Positions 1 through 12,097 of a DNA stretch of 64,000 nt are shown piece by piece. Position numbers and translations under genes: made by a program. The DNA comes from Chiloscyllium plagiosum (lineage: Eukaryota): positions 9,515,516-9,579,515 of the forward strand of contig NC_057754.1 in NCBI RefSeq assembly GCF_004010195.1. Direction: 5' to 3'. The first letter of the stretch is position 1. Each line of letters starts with the position of its first letter. The notes under the pieces were generated by a model. That model was given only the letters and a program-made list of their open reading frames with translations. It did no database searches and was not told where the DNA came from.

Positions 1-255
1 GCCCCCACCCCCTCTCCGGCCTATCACCCTCACCTCAACCTCCTTCCACCTATTGTATTCCCAACGCCCCTCCCCCAAGTCCCTCCTCCCTACCTTTTAT
101 CTTAGCCTGCTTGGCACACCCTCCTCATTCCTGAAGAAGGGCTTATGCCCGAAACGTCAATTCTCCTGTTCCTTTTATTGCTGCCTGACCTGCTGCGCTT
201 TTCCAGCAACACATTTTTAAGCTCTGATCTCCAGCATCTGCAGTCCTCACTTGCT
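1..255 (+). mobile_element. Penelope-like (PLE)-derived terminal-repeat/short element, truncated by window start
   Basis: Contains hammerhead core at 131-158. The downstream block (tgctgcctgacctgctgcgcttttccagc...tccagcatctgcagtcctcac) recurs at ~4203-4280, 12886-12978, 41125-41184, 55840-55948 and 60030-60200. Confidence 0.65.
131..158 (+). ncRNA. Minimal hammerhead ribozyme motif
   Basis: CTGAAGA-A-GGGC-TTAT-GCCC-GAAAC-GTC: CUGANGA and GAAA cores, 4-bp stem II, GUC triplet. Stem I is weak. Confidence 0.6.
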
Positions 256-259
256 CCAA

Positions 260-850
260 ACAGATATTGGTACCAGTTAACTGTCTGCACTGGGGTGGGG
301 GTGCTGGGGAGTCCTTGGACCATGTATACATTGGGTGTGGGTGTTTGCATTCCCGTTTTAGTTATCTAAAAGACCTATCTTTGGTTGCACGTCAGCCCCA
401 TGATCTTGATCTTTGGGCATCGGTTGGAGGATCTCCTCATGGATCTGCTCCTGGGCCTGGTCAGGCTGGCTATTAACAGGTCCAGGCAGTGGGCCGTGGA
501 GGGGATTGTTTCTGCTGACTGCCTGTCCCTCTTCTGTGGTTATGTTCGAGCCCGGGTGTCCTTGGGGAAGGAGCATGCGGTCTCCACCAAACCTCTCAAT
601 GTCTTTAGGGTGAGATGGGCACTGCAGTGAGTGGAGTGCTTATTTTTCCCCCTTCCAACTCCATTTTGATTTGATCCCTACTTTGTCCTACACATTTTCT
701 TTCACATAAGCATTGCTCCTACTGAGCTTCACTTGTTACTGGTTCCCAGGCCACGAGTGTTTTCTTAGTGGTGGAATGTTGAATAAAATTAGTTTGAACG
801 TGATGTTTTTACTGACTTACACACGCATAATATAGTTGCAAAAAATAAGC
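260..850 (+). mobile_element. Tx1/L1-group LINE 3' fragment (ORF2 C-terminus, 3'UTR)
   Basis: Frameshifted CLHW..ESLDHVYIGC zinc-knuckle-like motif followed by LLLGLVRLAINRSR..GYVRARVSL, then AATAAA and an A-rich tail. Confidence 0.6.
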
Positions 851-899
851 AGCGCTGCTGTACGGCAATAGTGTAGGGGTGCATTTTAAAAAAGAGAGA

Positions 900-1048
900 A
901 TGTAAACAGAAAAAAAAATACAGTCAGGAGATTAGAATCTCCTCAGTTCAGGGGACTGACTCCAAGCTGGCTGGCCACAGCCAGTGTACTGTGCCCAAGT
1001 AAATAAAGAGTGACTTGATGACAGGACACCGGCCTCTGTTATTTCACA
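900..1048 (+). mobile_element. Gypsy LTR fragment
   Basis: aataaagagtgacttgatgacaggacacc..ctctg matches the LTR at 62092-62295 that precedes a Gypsy gag. Confidence 0.45.
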
Positions 1049-1317
1049 GAGAATGCAGAGAAGATGTTTTGCCTTTTGGCTGAGGCCAGCACTAGAGGCA
1101 CTGTCTTACAATTAGTGGTGTCCTTTCAGGGCAGAGATGGGGATAGTTTTTCTGGTAGAGGATTGGGTCACTTTGGAACGCCACCTCCGAAAAGATGCAG
1201 GAGGCAGAGTAGTTGAATATTCTTAAGGCAGAGGTAGACAGATTTTGAATTAGGTAAGGAATCAAAGATTTGCAGAAGGTGAATAGAAATGTGAAATTCA
1301 AATCTCACACACACCAG

Positions 1318-2338
1318 CTACGATCTCTGGTAAGGAAGGAAACTTTGGAAGAGCAAAAGCTGGTGGAACCCCTAATCCCTGAATAAAAACCTGCAGGTTT
1401 CACATTTGTAGCTCTACAGCAATTTTCTGGAAGCAGACTTAGATTCATGTTTGCTCTTGCAAATGTTGATTTCTGGGATGCCTTAGGTGGATTCATTGCT
1501 ATGAATCCTTCTTGCTGATATCAGTCTGAGCTATTGATACAATCAGGGAAGGATGCCCTCAGAAACTCTTTGGCAAAACACTGGCACGATTTTGATGAAC
1601 TGGAACAGGTATGTTAAATATTACTGAGTAGTCAGTTGATTGCATCTGAGCTATTGGAATGCACCTTGTCGGGTTCAAGTTAAGATTAGGAACACTTTAT
1701 TAATTTAGCTGCTTATAATACTAAGAACAATCAATGAAGCACCATATGCCCTCTGGAAAACACATGCAGAACTCAAAGAGGACATATTGATTAGCTCTTC
1801 CTGGGAGTAATATTTTATGTTCTCATGGAGAGTGCTTACCTTCTGACGTCAGTTACTTCCAGGTACTCACTGCTTATACTACAGCTAATTTTTGGATTAT
1901 AGTAGGACTAATGGATGGCCACACTGTATGTTCGAGAGACTGACATTTCTCAAACTTCATCCCACAGTTTTGTCTCAGGGTTGAATTTGATGAAAAAAAA
2001 TCTCATCTGTTGAGCTCACAAGGATCCTTGTTTGCTGAACAAACAAAGACCTCAGCAAGGATGGAATTCCAGTTGAACCATTCAACTAAAGAAATATATA
2101 TTTATTTATAAAGAATTTATACCATACATATACAGTATTGTGGAGTGTTTCCCAAACACTCTTTTACTACAACTATCAGGAAAACAGTGTTTATGAGACA
2201 ACCCTATCCTGGGTCACACTAAATAACAACCCCTTGGAAGTGGCCCTCCGAGTTCTATCACCTTTGTCGCTGTGGCACTATCTCTTTCTTCCACGCGGAA
2301 CTCGACACACAGATAAATATGAGAGGTGGTACATTTTG
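1318..2338 (+). pseudogene. Putative decayed multi-exon protein-coding fragment, family not recognised
   Basis: Protein-like frame with isolated stops (..RLRFMFALANVDFWDALGGF..HWHDFDELEQ), GT at 1609, AG at 1707-1708 with matching phase 0 (LLIILRTINEAPYALWKTH..), a second ~100-bp GT..AG intron at 1863-1967, and a gtaag donor at ~2339. Confidence 0.4.
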
Positions 2339-2821
2339 GTAAGAATAGCAGGGAGGTTACTCGTTGTTGGAAAGTTTCAGTCTCCAGAGGGCAGAGGAGC
2401 CGAGGGAACGTGAAGTAGAAAGACTACAATCTCAAAAAGGAAGTTTAAATATAGATTAATAAGACCAATAAAGAAAATTAAGAACTATACTTCATTTTTA
2501 GAGGGAGAGAAATGAAAAATAGGGAGATTGTGCCAAACTTGTGTCATACCTCAGTTAGACCAGTTTGGAATACTGTACGCTATTCTCGTCACCACACTAT
2601 AGAAAGGGTAGAGAGGCACTGGTGTGGATATGAAGTGATTAAAATCATTTATTTTGATGTTATTTGTTCAAACACAAATTAAATAAAGGGGATTCATGTT
2701 ATTTGAATATCTCAAATGGCTTTATTAACTGGTTTGACAACAGTTTACTGTTACAGGTAACATATGTACAACCTCCTGCTTTCGTTTCTTGCACACAGCA
2801 GCCAGTCATTTTTTTTTTAAG

Positions 2822-3129
2822 ATTAGATTCGATTCCCTACTGTGTGGAAACAGGCCCTTCGGCCCAACTCGTCCACACCGGCCCTCCGAAGTGTAACCCA
2901 CCCAGACCCATTCCCCCTAACTAATGCACCTAATTCTACGGGCAATTTAGCACGGCCAATTCACCTAACCTGCACATCTTTGGACGGTGGGAGGAAACCA
3001 GAGCACCCAGAGGAAACCCACGCAGACACGGGGAGAATGTGCAAACTCCACACAGACAGTCACCCGAGGCGAGAATTGAACCCAGTTCCCTGGCGCTGTG
3101 AGGCAGCAGTGCTAACCACTGTGCTACCC
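2822..3129 (-). mobile_element. HE1-type tRNA-derived V-SINE
   Basis: Reverse complement of gtggttagcactgctgcctcacagcgcc..gggttcaattc..tgtgtggagtttgcacattctccccgtgtctgcgtgggtttcc..gggccgaagggcctgtttcc with an (aatct)n tail. Confidence 0.9.
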
Positions 3130-3240
3130 CAACTTGGTTCTTGGCTCATTAGCAACCACAGCTCTTAAAGCATTAACACAACAATTCATTTAATCCCTGC
3201 AGACACTTGTGACTGATTGTGCAGTAAATTAAATCATCAT

Positions 3241-3578
3241 GATTCCCTACAGTGTGGAAGGAGGCCAATAGGCCTATTGAGTCCACAATGACCCTCGGAA
3301 CAGCATCCAACTCTGACTCATCCTTCTACTCTATCCCTGTAGACCTGCATTTTCTATGGCTAATCCACCTAGCCTACACATCCCTGGATACTAGAGGCAA
3401 TTTTCCATGGCCAATCCACCTAACCTGCACATTTTTGGCCTGCGGACAGAAACTGGAGCATCTGGAGGAAATGCACAGGTAGAATGTACAAACTCCACAT
3501 AGACTGTCGCCTGAGGGTGGAATCAAACCTGGGTTCCTGGTGCTGTGAGGCAGCAGTGCTAATCACTGAGCCACCGCA
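3241..3578 (-). mobile_element. HE1-type V-SINE (more diverged)
   Basis: Same head and V-domain as other copies. Confidence 0.85.
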
Positions 3579-4289
3579 GTGACTGAGTGCATCTCTTCCC
3601 ATACACAGAGCAAGTGAAAAGTCTACCATCAGTGACAATGTTTTTGTGATTTCAGGAGATGCAATTTCTTTTTTCGGTCACAGAACTTTGAAGACATCTC
3701 TTACTGGTGTGAATATATTCTATACACTGAGGTGGACTGTGTCCCCACCCACACCTGGAATAGGGTGATCTGTCTCTCTGCAATGAGAGTGCGCTGATGG
3801 ACACTGATCCCACAGTGGGAGCACACACTCCTCAGTGGGAACATACTGATTGTACAGCAGCTCCCTGAAATCTTTCTAGCACTTCCTGCCTTCTGGAGAA
3901 TCACTGAACTGCTTCTGACAGTGAGGGCAGATGAATGGAGTGGAACTGATTTGAATGCACTGGCGCGCCCAATGAATGTGGGTTTTACAAAGTTTTTGCC
4001 ACTTTCAGAGGAACATAGGAGCAGGAGTAAGCCATTGATCCTGGCCCAATATTCAATATGATCAAGGCTGATCAAACACTGGAAAGCCATTTGCCCACTT
4101 CATCCCCATCACCTTGTACATCATCAGTAGTGTAAGATAATAAGACCATAAGATGTAGGAGCAGGATTAGGCCATTGAGGCTTCTCTGCAATTCGATCAT
4201 GGGTGAGGACTGCAGATGCTGGTGAAGTCAGAGTTGATGAAGTGTGATGCAGGAAGCAGCACAGCAGGTCAGGCAGCATCTGGCAGATG

Positions 4290-5590
4290 AAAAATAAATA
4301 CTTGAATTCACCCTTAATAAATCTGCCTGTCGCAGATGCATCCATCCATGACAGCATCAGTTAGAGCGACTACTGCACAGTGCCTGTGGAGACGGAGTCC
4401 CACCTTAACATTAAGAATAACCTCCATATTGTGTGGCACTATCACCATGCTAAATGGGACAGACTTTGAATACATCCAGCAACTCAAGACTGGGCATCTA
4501 TAAGGCACTGTGGGCCATCAGCAGCAGCAGAATTATACTCCAGCACAATCTGTAACCTCATGGTCCCTGCAACCATTACCATCATGCCTGGGGGATCAAC
4601 ACTGGTTTAATGGAGAGTGCAGGAGGGCATGCCAGAATGGCACCAGAGACATCTAAAAATGAGGTGTCAACCAGATGAAGCTACCAAACAGGACTACCTG
4701 TGAGCCAAACAGAATAAGCAGTAAGTGACAGGCAGAGATCGGCGATCCCACAACCAACAGATCAGATTTCAGTTCTGCAGTCCTGCCACATCCAGTCATG
4801 AATTAAACAACTCACTGCAGGAGGAGGCTCTACAAGTATCCCCAATGATGTAAGAGGACAACACGTTAGTGCAAAAGGCAGAAACATTTGCAGTAACCTT
4901 CAGCCAGTAGTCCTAAGAGGATGATCTATCTCAGCGTCCTTGAATGGTCCCCAGTGTTACAGACAGCAGTATTCAGCAAATTCAATTCACTCCATTTGAT
5001 ATCAAGAAATGGTTGGAGGCACTCGATATGGCAAAAACTACCGTTCCAAACAATATTCCAGCAAAAACTACTGAAGACTTGCACTCCACAACTTGCCGCT
5101 CCCCTAGCCAAGCTCTTCTACTCTTGTTACGACATTGGCATCTATCTGTCAATGTGGAAAACAGCTCAGGTGTGTCCCATATACAAAAAAAAGGACAAAT
5201 CCAACCTGCCCAATTACTGCCCTATCAATATTCTGTCAATCATCAGTAAAATGATGGAAGGTGTCAGCAGTGCTATCAAGCAGCACTTGTTCAGCAATAA
5301 CCTGCTCAGTGACACCCACTTTGTGTTCCACCAGGACTACTCATTCCAGCCGAGATCAAACATGGACAAAAAAGCTGAATTGCAGAGGCGAGGTGAGAGT
5401 GACAGGCCTTGATATCAAGGTCGCATTTGACAGAGTGTGGCATCAAGAAGCTTTAGTAAAAGTGGAATCAATGAGCATAAGGGGGCAAACTGGTGTCTGC
5501 TGGTTGGAGTCATGCATGGCATATAAGATGATAGTAGTGCTTTTGGATGTCAGCAATCTCAGCTGCATGACATCTCTACAAGAATTCCTC
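4290..5590 (+). mobile_element. CR1/L2-superclade non-LTR retrotransposon RT fragment
   Basis: WKTAQVCPIYKKKDKSNLPNYCPINILSIISK and LDIKVAFDRVWH RT motifs, frameshifted. Confidence 0.85.
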
Positions 5591-5841
5591 ATAACTGAGT
5601 GAATCCCTTCCCACACACAGAACAAATGAATGGCTTCTTCTCAGTGTGAATGCATTGATGGTTTTCCTACAGGAATAGTGAATTGAATCTTTACTGCAAT
5701 CCTCACATTTCCAAGATTTCTCCATAGTGTGAGGGTCCTTGTGTCACTTGAGCTTTGATGAGCAAGTGAAGCCATGTGCACATACAGAACATGTGTAAAG
5801 TTTCTCCTCACCGTGGGTGGTGTAATGTTTTGCTCAGGTTG

Positions 5842-6010
5842 TGTATCTGGTTAAAGTTCTTTCATAGTCAGTTCACTGTAACACTCTCATTCGGATTTGT
5901 AACTGGTTAATGTTCTTTCCACGGTCAGTTCACTGGAACACATACAACCAGGAGTGTAACTTGTTAAAGCTCTGTCCACAGTCAGTTCACTGGAATGCTC
6001 TCACTCAGGT
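5842..6010. repeat. Three tandem ~56-57 bp units (degenerate half zinc-finger)
   Basis: tgtaactggttaaagYtctttccacagtcagttcactggaa units start at 5842, 5898 and 5955. Confidence 0.7.
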
Positions 6011-7129
6011 ATATTTCTTGATTCTTTTCCAGTCACGTTGATGTTCGATATATACTCCCTTCGACAAAACAGACAAATGTTACTGACAAAAAAAGACAAA
6101 CATTTCTCCTTCCACATTCAAAGGCCAATGACATGGAGGTTCTCTTTATGAAAGGAAGTTTGTTTTGTGTTTCCATTCTGTAAATCCTCTCATTAAAAAG
6201 CTCTGGAAAATAAGTTTACAAAACCCTTGGCTGAAAGGACAGGACAGACATTCAGAAGAAAATTCTAGTTTCTATGGAACATCATTTTCCTCTCTTGTTT
6301 GCATGACTGTGCAACTCACACATACACTCTCATCCCTGAAATCCATACGCATTGCACCACTTTTTTCCTCCACTATCAGCTTTCACTCCCCATTAACTCT
6401 GGCTAGGTCCATTTCTCCACAGATGTGTGCAGATTGAGGAAGATATCAATGGTATTGGAAATCAAGCAATTCTTGTTTTCCCTGACAACGGGGATATCAA
6501 ATTCCCTCCTGCTCTATTGCATCACCAAGACAGACGCATTTCCTCCTGAATCCAAGTTAGTTGTCATTAACCAGAGCCTGTCCCTGGGACAAGGCACAAG
6601 AGCTGCAGATACAGGATCTTCAGATTCGTATTTGGACTTTTCGGTCTACACAAGGTATTTCTGAAGCCTCCAGGCATCCCAGGATTTGCTTCTGAACTAG
6701 AGAACTCACTGTGTTATAAGCAGGAATTCTGTTCTATTGACATGTTAAATACTAGAATTTTGTCACAGTCTTTCCCATTATTAACCACACTCTCAATCTG
6801 TTAATCACTTTCTGCCCAGAATGAAAAAAAAAGCAAAACAAATCTCGAATGAACAAGTTAGACAAAGGAGAGCCAGTGGATGTGATCTATTTGGATTTCC
6901 AGAAGGCTTTTGGCAAGGTGCCACACAGGAAGTTGATAAATAAGATCCCACAGTGTTAGAGGCAAGGTAGTGGTGTGGATAGTGGATTGGCTAACTATAA
7001 AAGCCTGCACGAGTTGAAAATGAACATACCAGGTGTACTGGAGTTCTATTTTGAAATATACAACATGAGACAGACCAGTATGTGTTATTCACAGCTTTCA
7101 CTATTTTTTCCTGCTGGACGATATCATTT

Positions 7130-7775
7130 AGAGTCAGAGTCACAGAGATGTAGAGCACGGAAACAGACCCTTCAGTCCAACCCGTCCATGCCGACCAGAT
7201 ATCCCAACCCAATCTAGTCCCACCTGCCAGCACCCGGCCCATATCCCTCCAAACCCTTCCTATTCATNNNNNNNNNNNNNNNNNNNNNNNNNNNNNNNNN
7301 NNNNNNNNNNNNNNNNNNNNNNNNNNNNNNNNNNNNNNNNNNNNNNNNNNNNNNNNNNNNNNNNNNNNNNNNNNNNNNNNNNNNNNNNNNNATAGGAAGG
7401 AGACCAGAATTGCACGCAATATTCAACAGTGGCCTAACCAATGTCTTGTACAGCCGCAACATGACCTCCCAACTCCTGTACTCAATACTCTGACCAATAA
7501 AGGAAAGCATAACAAACGCCTTCTTTACTATCCTACCTACCTGCGACTCCACTTTCAAGGAGCTATGAACCTGCACTCCAAGGTCTCTTTGTTCAGCAAC
7601 ACTCCCTAGGACCTTACCATTAAGTGTATAAGTCCTGCTAAGATTTGCTTTCCCAAAATGCAGCACCTCACATTTATCTCAATCAAACTCCATTTGCCAC
7701 TTCTCAGCCCATTGGCCCATCTGGTCCAGAACCTGTTGTAATCTGAGGTAACCCTTTTCGCTGTCCACTACACCC
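7130..7775 (-). mobile_element. CR1/HER1-type LINE 3' fragment (spans N gap 7268-7391)
   Basis: MLHFGKAN..RDLGVQVH..LYKTLVRP..KGLEGYGPGAGRWD. Confidence 0.9.
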
Positions 7776-8689
7776 AATATAATGAGCAACTCCACAACAG
7801 ACTTGGGAGATTTTTATTTGTGATTAATAATAATTCTTGTCCCACATTTTAAAATTGGAGTTCAAAATTCTGCCAAATCCAGAAATGTCAGTGTTTCCAG
7901 CCATCTCTCTCTGGGAAGCAGCAGCAGCAGTTCTCCACCTGTCACCAATCTGAGTAGCTTCTCTGTGTATTGTCTCTAGTTTAACACCCAGTCCATTTTG
8001 TCTGATCTACATGACCTCACTCTGCAACTCTCTCCCTTTCCTAGAGGGCTGGATAGTCAGAGAGACCTGGTGGCAAGACAGTGACAAAAGCAGAAAGGAC
8101 TTTGATTTGTTTAGAATTTGCCATATGTCAGTTAGTTTTAATGAGGAATGTCTGCCAGGTGCTCTCTTGTGAGATTCACTGGAGACACATTGGTTCAGTG
8201 GGTTTTGGAAACTGAAAGTTGCACATGAGCAGCTTGCGGGACTATTTCAACTCAATGTCCAATTCATGTCCCAGCTCACCAACTTAGCAACAAGGTCCTC
8301 AGTTCCTTTGTCCAGATCTTTAATGTGTAACACAAGTAGTTTTGGTTTCAACACTGACCCCTGCAGATATCCACTGATCACCAGTTGCCGTGCCATAAAA
8401 CAGAAACTGCTCTCTTCACCATGCTCCAGACACCATGACAACAAACACTCTTACGAAGTGTTCTGTGTGACTCCTCTGTTGTTACTCAGATTACGTGGAA
8501 CTGGAAAGAAGCCAGGAAGTAATGGAGGAGATGTTGGCCATTGCTTTATTCACGAGGGACTACTTGCTATTTCTTTTCTATAAACGAAACAATGAATTGC
8601 ATACGCACTTGAATAGCTGCATAACTTCGATTCTAATTGTATGCATTGCATCATTCTCCACCGACTCAAACTCGACATCATAGCAAAAT

Positions 8690-9180
8690 GAACTCACTCA
8701 CTCATGGCGGCTTCTTTACCCAGCAGTCCCAGCGCTGGCGAAGGTCCCCGATCAACATCACAATGGAGTAGTGCGCAGGCGCCGTGTCGGCGAGCCTTCG
8801 GAGCATGCGCAGTGAGGGCAATGGCAAGGGGAAAGATACTCCTTTGTCACATTCGCCGTCGGTAAACATTGACAGCCGCGGAGGGAGCGACGGAAACCGC
8901 GGGGACACAGAAGAAGTTTCTAAGCACCGGTGGAAGGCAACGAAAGCTGAATACAAACCTACGGGTGCTGTATCTCCAGATTCAGGCCTTTTCTCTGGAA
9001 GCGGCTCCAGTTTAACGGTCGCCATCTTGTTCCCGTCTGGGGTCTGTGCACGCGCAATCAGCGACGTCACACGGTGGGTGGGTCTCCAAGGGTCTCCGCT
9101 GGGTCCTAGCGCCTGCCGTGAAGTCACATTCAACAAGGGCTTTCAATCGTTTCACCCATCCCCAGGCTGCAGCTGAGTAT
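8690..9180. promoter_or_regulatory. CpG island, probable bidirectional promoter of head-to-head ZNF genes
   Basis: Only strongly CpG-rich segment in the window. NRF1-like GCATGCGCA (~8803), YY1-like CGCCATCTT on + (~9020) and CCGCCATG on - (~8710), CRE-like GACGTCAC (~9063), outward-facing donor-like sites GTGGGT (+, 9074) and GTGAGT (-, 8701). Confidence 0.7.
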
Positions 9181-10200
9181 GCAGCCTTGAATGCATTCAG
9201 TGAGAGTGATTTTGGTGTAGTTACAGGAAGCTTGCAACTTCTATTTGAGGTACCTCTAGTTTTGCTGTCAATTCAGCCACAACTGTCTAATCTTTGGCTG
9301 TCAAGGTGGAGAAGAGGCAGCCAGTCAGAAAAAATTGGCTAAAACAGCAACTTGTGGGACTCGACGAAGCTGGGTCAGGGGTTTACGGAATTTTCTTATT
9401 TAAGAAGTAGGTATGGTAGTCAGGCCAGCAAGCTTTCTCTATCATTCGGTTGGATCATAGCTGAACAAATTGTGACTTTAATTCCAGTTTCCTGCCTGAC
9501 CTCTGTTGCATGGTTTTCTCCTTGCCCATGCCACACAGTGTCCCCATTAAGCTTGATACCTTCCACAAAGTTAACACCTCAGCATACAGTACATCTCATA
9601 GACACTGGGTGGAAGATTTTGTTTCAGTTAGGGGGTTCCCTTTCCTTTCTTTATTTTAAAAGTTCTTTATTTTTGCTTCTGTTAATTTGAGTGGAAAGAA
9701 TGTTCCATCACAGAATCATAGAAATGTTATGGTGCAGAAGAAGGCCTTTTGGTGAGCACTGGCTCTCCAAAAGAGCAACCTGACTGAGTGACCGTTTAGC
9801 TAGAATTATTTGTTCTGAATTTCCATCAATGGACTGATCATGATACTGACATTGTGCATTCCTTTTCCAGGGGATTAAGAGAAGCTGATTTGCAAATGGA
9901 AATCTCAAACTAAACGTCATCTCACAAAATCTGACTATGATCCACCTTTCACTGTGGAAGTAGAAATGCTTGTCTGTTTGGGAAAATGTCATCGGTTTGA
10001 ATGGAAAATTATTGTGAGACACACAAACACCCAAGTGAGAGTGTTGCAGTGCACTGACTCTGGAAAGAGCTTTAACCAATTATGATGCCTGAATGAGCCT
10101 TCCAACATTCTCAGCCCAGAGAAATTACATGTGTTTGTTTTTATATGAATGAGTCTTCAGAAAATCATCCAACCTGGAGAGGCACAAAGACACCGGCATC

Positions 10201-10959
10201 ATGGAGAAACGATGGAAATGTGAGGACTGTGGGAAGAAATTCAGTTGGCCATCCCAGCTGGAAATACATCGACGTACTCACACTGGGGAGAGGCCATTCA
10301 CCTGCTCCAAGTGTGGAAGGGGATTCAGAGAGTCATCTAACCTGCTTGCTCACCAGCGGGTTCACACTAACGTGAGACCTTTTAAATGTTCAGACTGTGG
10401 AAAGTGCTACAAATGTTCTGGGGACCTGATGTCCCATAAGCGTGTTCACACTGATGAGAAACCTTTCAGGTGCTCTCACTGCAAGACTGGGTTCAGAAAA
10501 TCATCTGAACTCTCTGTACATCAGCGGACCCACACTGGCGAGAGGCCATACACCTGCTCAGCATGTGGGAAGGCATTCATTAATTCATCCAACCTGTTGA
10601 GACACCAGCGAGTTCACACTGACATGAGAACTTTTAAATGTTCGGACTGTGAGGAGAGTTTTAAAAGCAGCAATAACCTGCTGAGACATCAGCGCACTCA
10701 CACTGGGGAGAAGCCATTCACCTGTTCTGTGTGTAGGAAGGGATTCACGCGGTCATCCACCCTGGTGACACACCAGCGAATTCACACTGGGGAGAGACCA
10801 TTCGCCTGCTCCATGTGTGTCAAGAAATTCACTTGCGCATCCCACCTTCTGAAACACCAACGCACTCACACTGAGGAGAGGCCATTCACCTGCTTTGTTT
10901 GTGGGAAAGGATTCACTCAGTCATCCAATCTGCTGCAACATCAGCAAGTTCACAACTGA
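10201..10959 (+). CDS. C2H2 zinc-finger protein, 9 tandem fingers, 252 aa, no KRAB/SCAN seen
   Basis: Intact ORF with nine Cx2Cx12Hx3H units and TGERP-type linkers. Terminal exon probably starts at acceptor ttttccag|9871. Confidence 0.92.
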   Translation: MEKRWKCEDCGKKFSWPSQLEIHRRTHTGERPFTCSKCGRGFRESSNLLAHQRVHTNVRPFKCSDCGKCYKCSGDLMSHKRVHTDEKPFRCSHCKTGFRKSSELSVHQRTHTGERPYTCSACGKAFINSSNLLRHQRVHTDMRTFKCSDCEESFKSSNNLLRHQRTHTGEKPFTCSVCRKGFTRSSTLVTHQRIHTGERPFACSMCVKKFTCASHLLKHQRTHTEERPFTCFVCGKGFTQSSNLLQHQQVHN

Positions 10960-11389
10960 CTGTAGTGGTTCGATTCTGATGGTATTGCTGCTGTTCGTGG
11001 CAGCCAGGACTGACCTGGTAAGTTGATCTTGAGGAAAGCAAGAGATGTATTCCAGCCACTTTCTTCCATGGTTCACAGCTCCTAGCCACAGAACAGAACA
11101 TCCTTTACAACTGTCTTTAGAGTCAGAACTAACAAGGATGAAAGCTGAAAATGTGCTATCATTTTGGAGGTTAGTGTAGAACTATGACCTTTCCTGACTG
11201 GAAGTGAACTGGCAGGTTTAAGTTTTCCCTAATATTGGTAAAGACAAAACAGGAGCAGAGCCTTCCATTGCTAGTATGTCATCTCTCAGCCTTCCCTTAT
11301 TTAAGGACAAGCGCATCAGGCTTTCTTAGTGAGTATAACTTATCCCTTCATGTGATATTTGTGGCTGAACTTCCTTTATCCTTTGGAAT

Positions 11390-11885
11390 TATGACAACAG
11401 CAGGCACGTTTCATATCTGAGGGATTTCAGTTTGGCTGTTTTACATTTATAACAACGGTTCTCTCTGCGTTTGTTGGCTAACCATAGGAATTTGGTATTC
11501 AGTCTGTTTAAATGTTGTGGTTCTGTTCGAGCTGGGAATTTGTGTTGCAGACATTTCGTCCCCTGTCTAGGTGACATCCTCAGTGCTTGGGAACCTCCTG
11601 TGAAGCGCTTCTGTGATGTTTCCTCCGGCATTTGTTGTGGTTTGAATCTGCCGCTTCCGGTTGTCAGTTTCAACTGTCCGCTGCAGTGGTTGGTATATTG
11701 GGTCCAGGTCGATGTGTTTGTTGATAGAATCTGTGGATGAGTGCCATGCCTCTAGGAATTCCCTGGCTGTTCTCTGTTTGGCTGTGAGTTGTTGTCTGAG
11801 AGTGGCTGTTGGTTTGTGTGCTGTTATGAGTCCTAGTGGTCGTAGTAGTCTGGCTGTCAGTTCAGAAATGTTCTTGATGTATCAA
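11390..11885 (-). mobile_element. Penelope-like element fragment (GIY-YIG C-terminus plus pLTR)
   Basis: Minus strand REFLEAWHSSTDSINKHIDLDP. The pLTR is shared with 26458-26700 and carries a hammerhead. Confidence 0.8.
11547..11586 (-). ncRNA. Minimal hammerhead ribozyme motif
   Basis: GCA-CTGAGGA-T-GTCACC-TAGACA-GGGGAC-GAAAT-GTC-TGC. Confidence 0.65.
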
Positions 11886-12097
11886 AAAATACATTTTGCA
11901 TGGAATCGAACCTGGGTCCCTGCTGCTGTGAGGCAGCAGTGCTGACCACTGTGCCACCCCAGAGTTTTGTGCAATAAACGTCTCCATGCACAGCTGCTTC
12001 ATGCCCTGGAACCAATCTGTAGTTCATACTTTCACAAGAGAGACACAGATCCTCTTTAAATCCAATGCACTCAAACATCTCATCAAGAGCCCCCACC

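Larger units (their letters stand above)
3190..6300 (-). pseudogene. C2H2 zinc-finger pseudogene, paralog of the 10201 gene, broken by SINE/LINE insertions
   Basis: Minus strand reads MEKSWKCEDC from ATG 5725, then [22 protein letters not shown] (5660-5595), SVHQRT..ER (~3800) and TDGRLFTCSVYGKRCTQS (3635-3580). Acceptor ttttccag at ~6203 and its flanks are homologous to 9690-9920. Frameshifts and stops present. Confidence 0.8.

Noticed and set aside
8702..9176. Overlapping 144-aa (-) and 130-aa (+) ORFs
   Set aside because: Stop-poor GC-rich CpG-island sequence with no recognisable domain; better explained as promoter and first exons.
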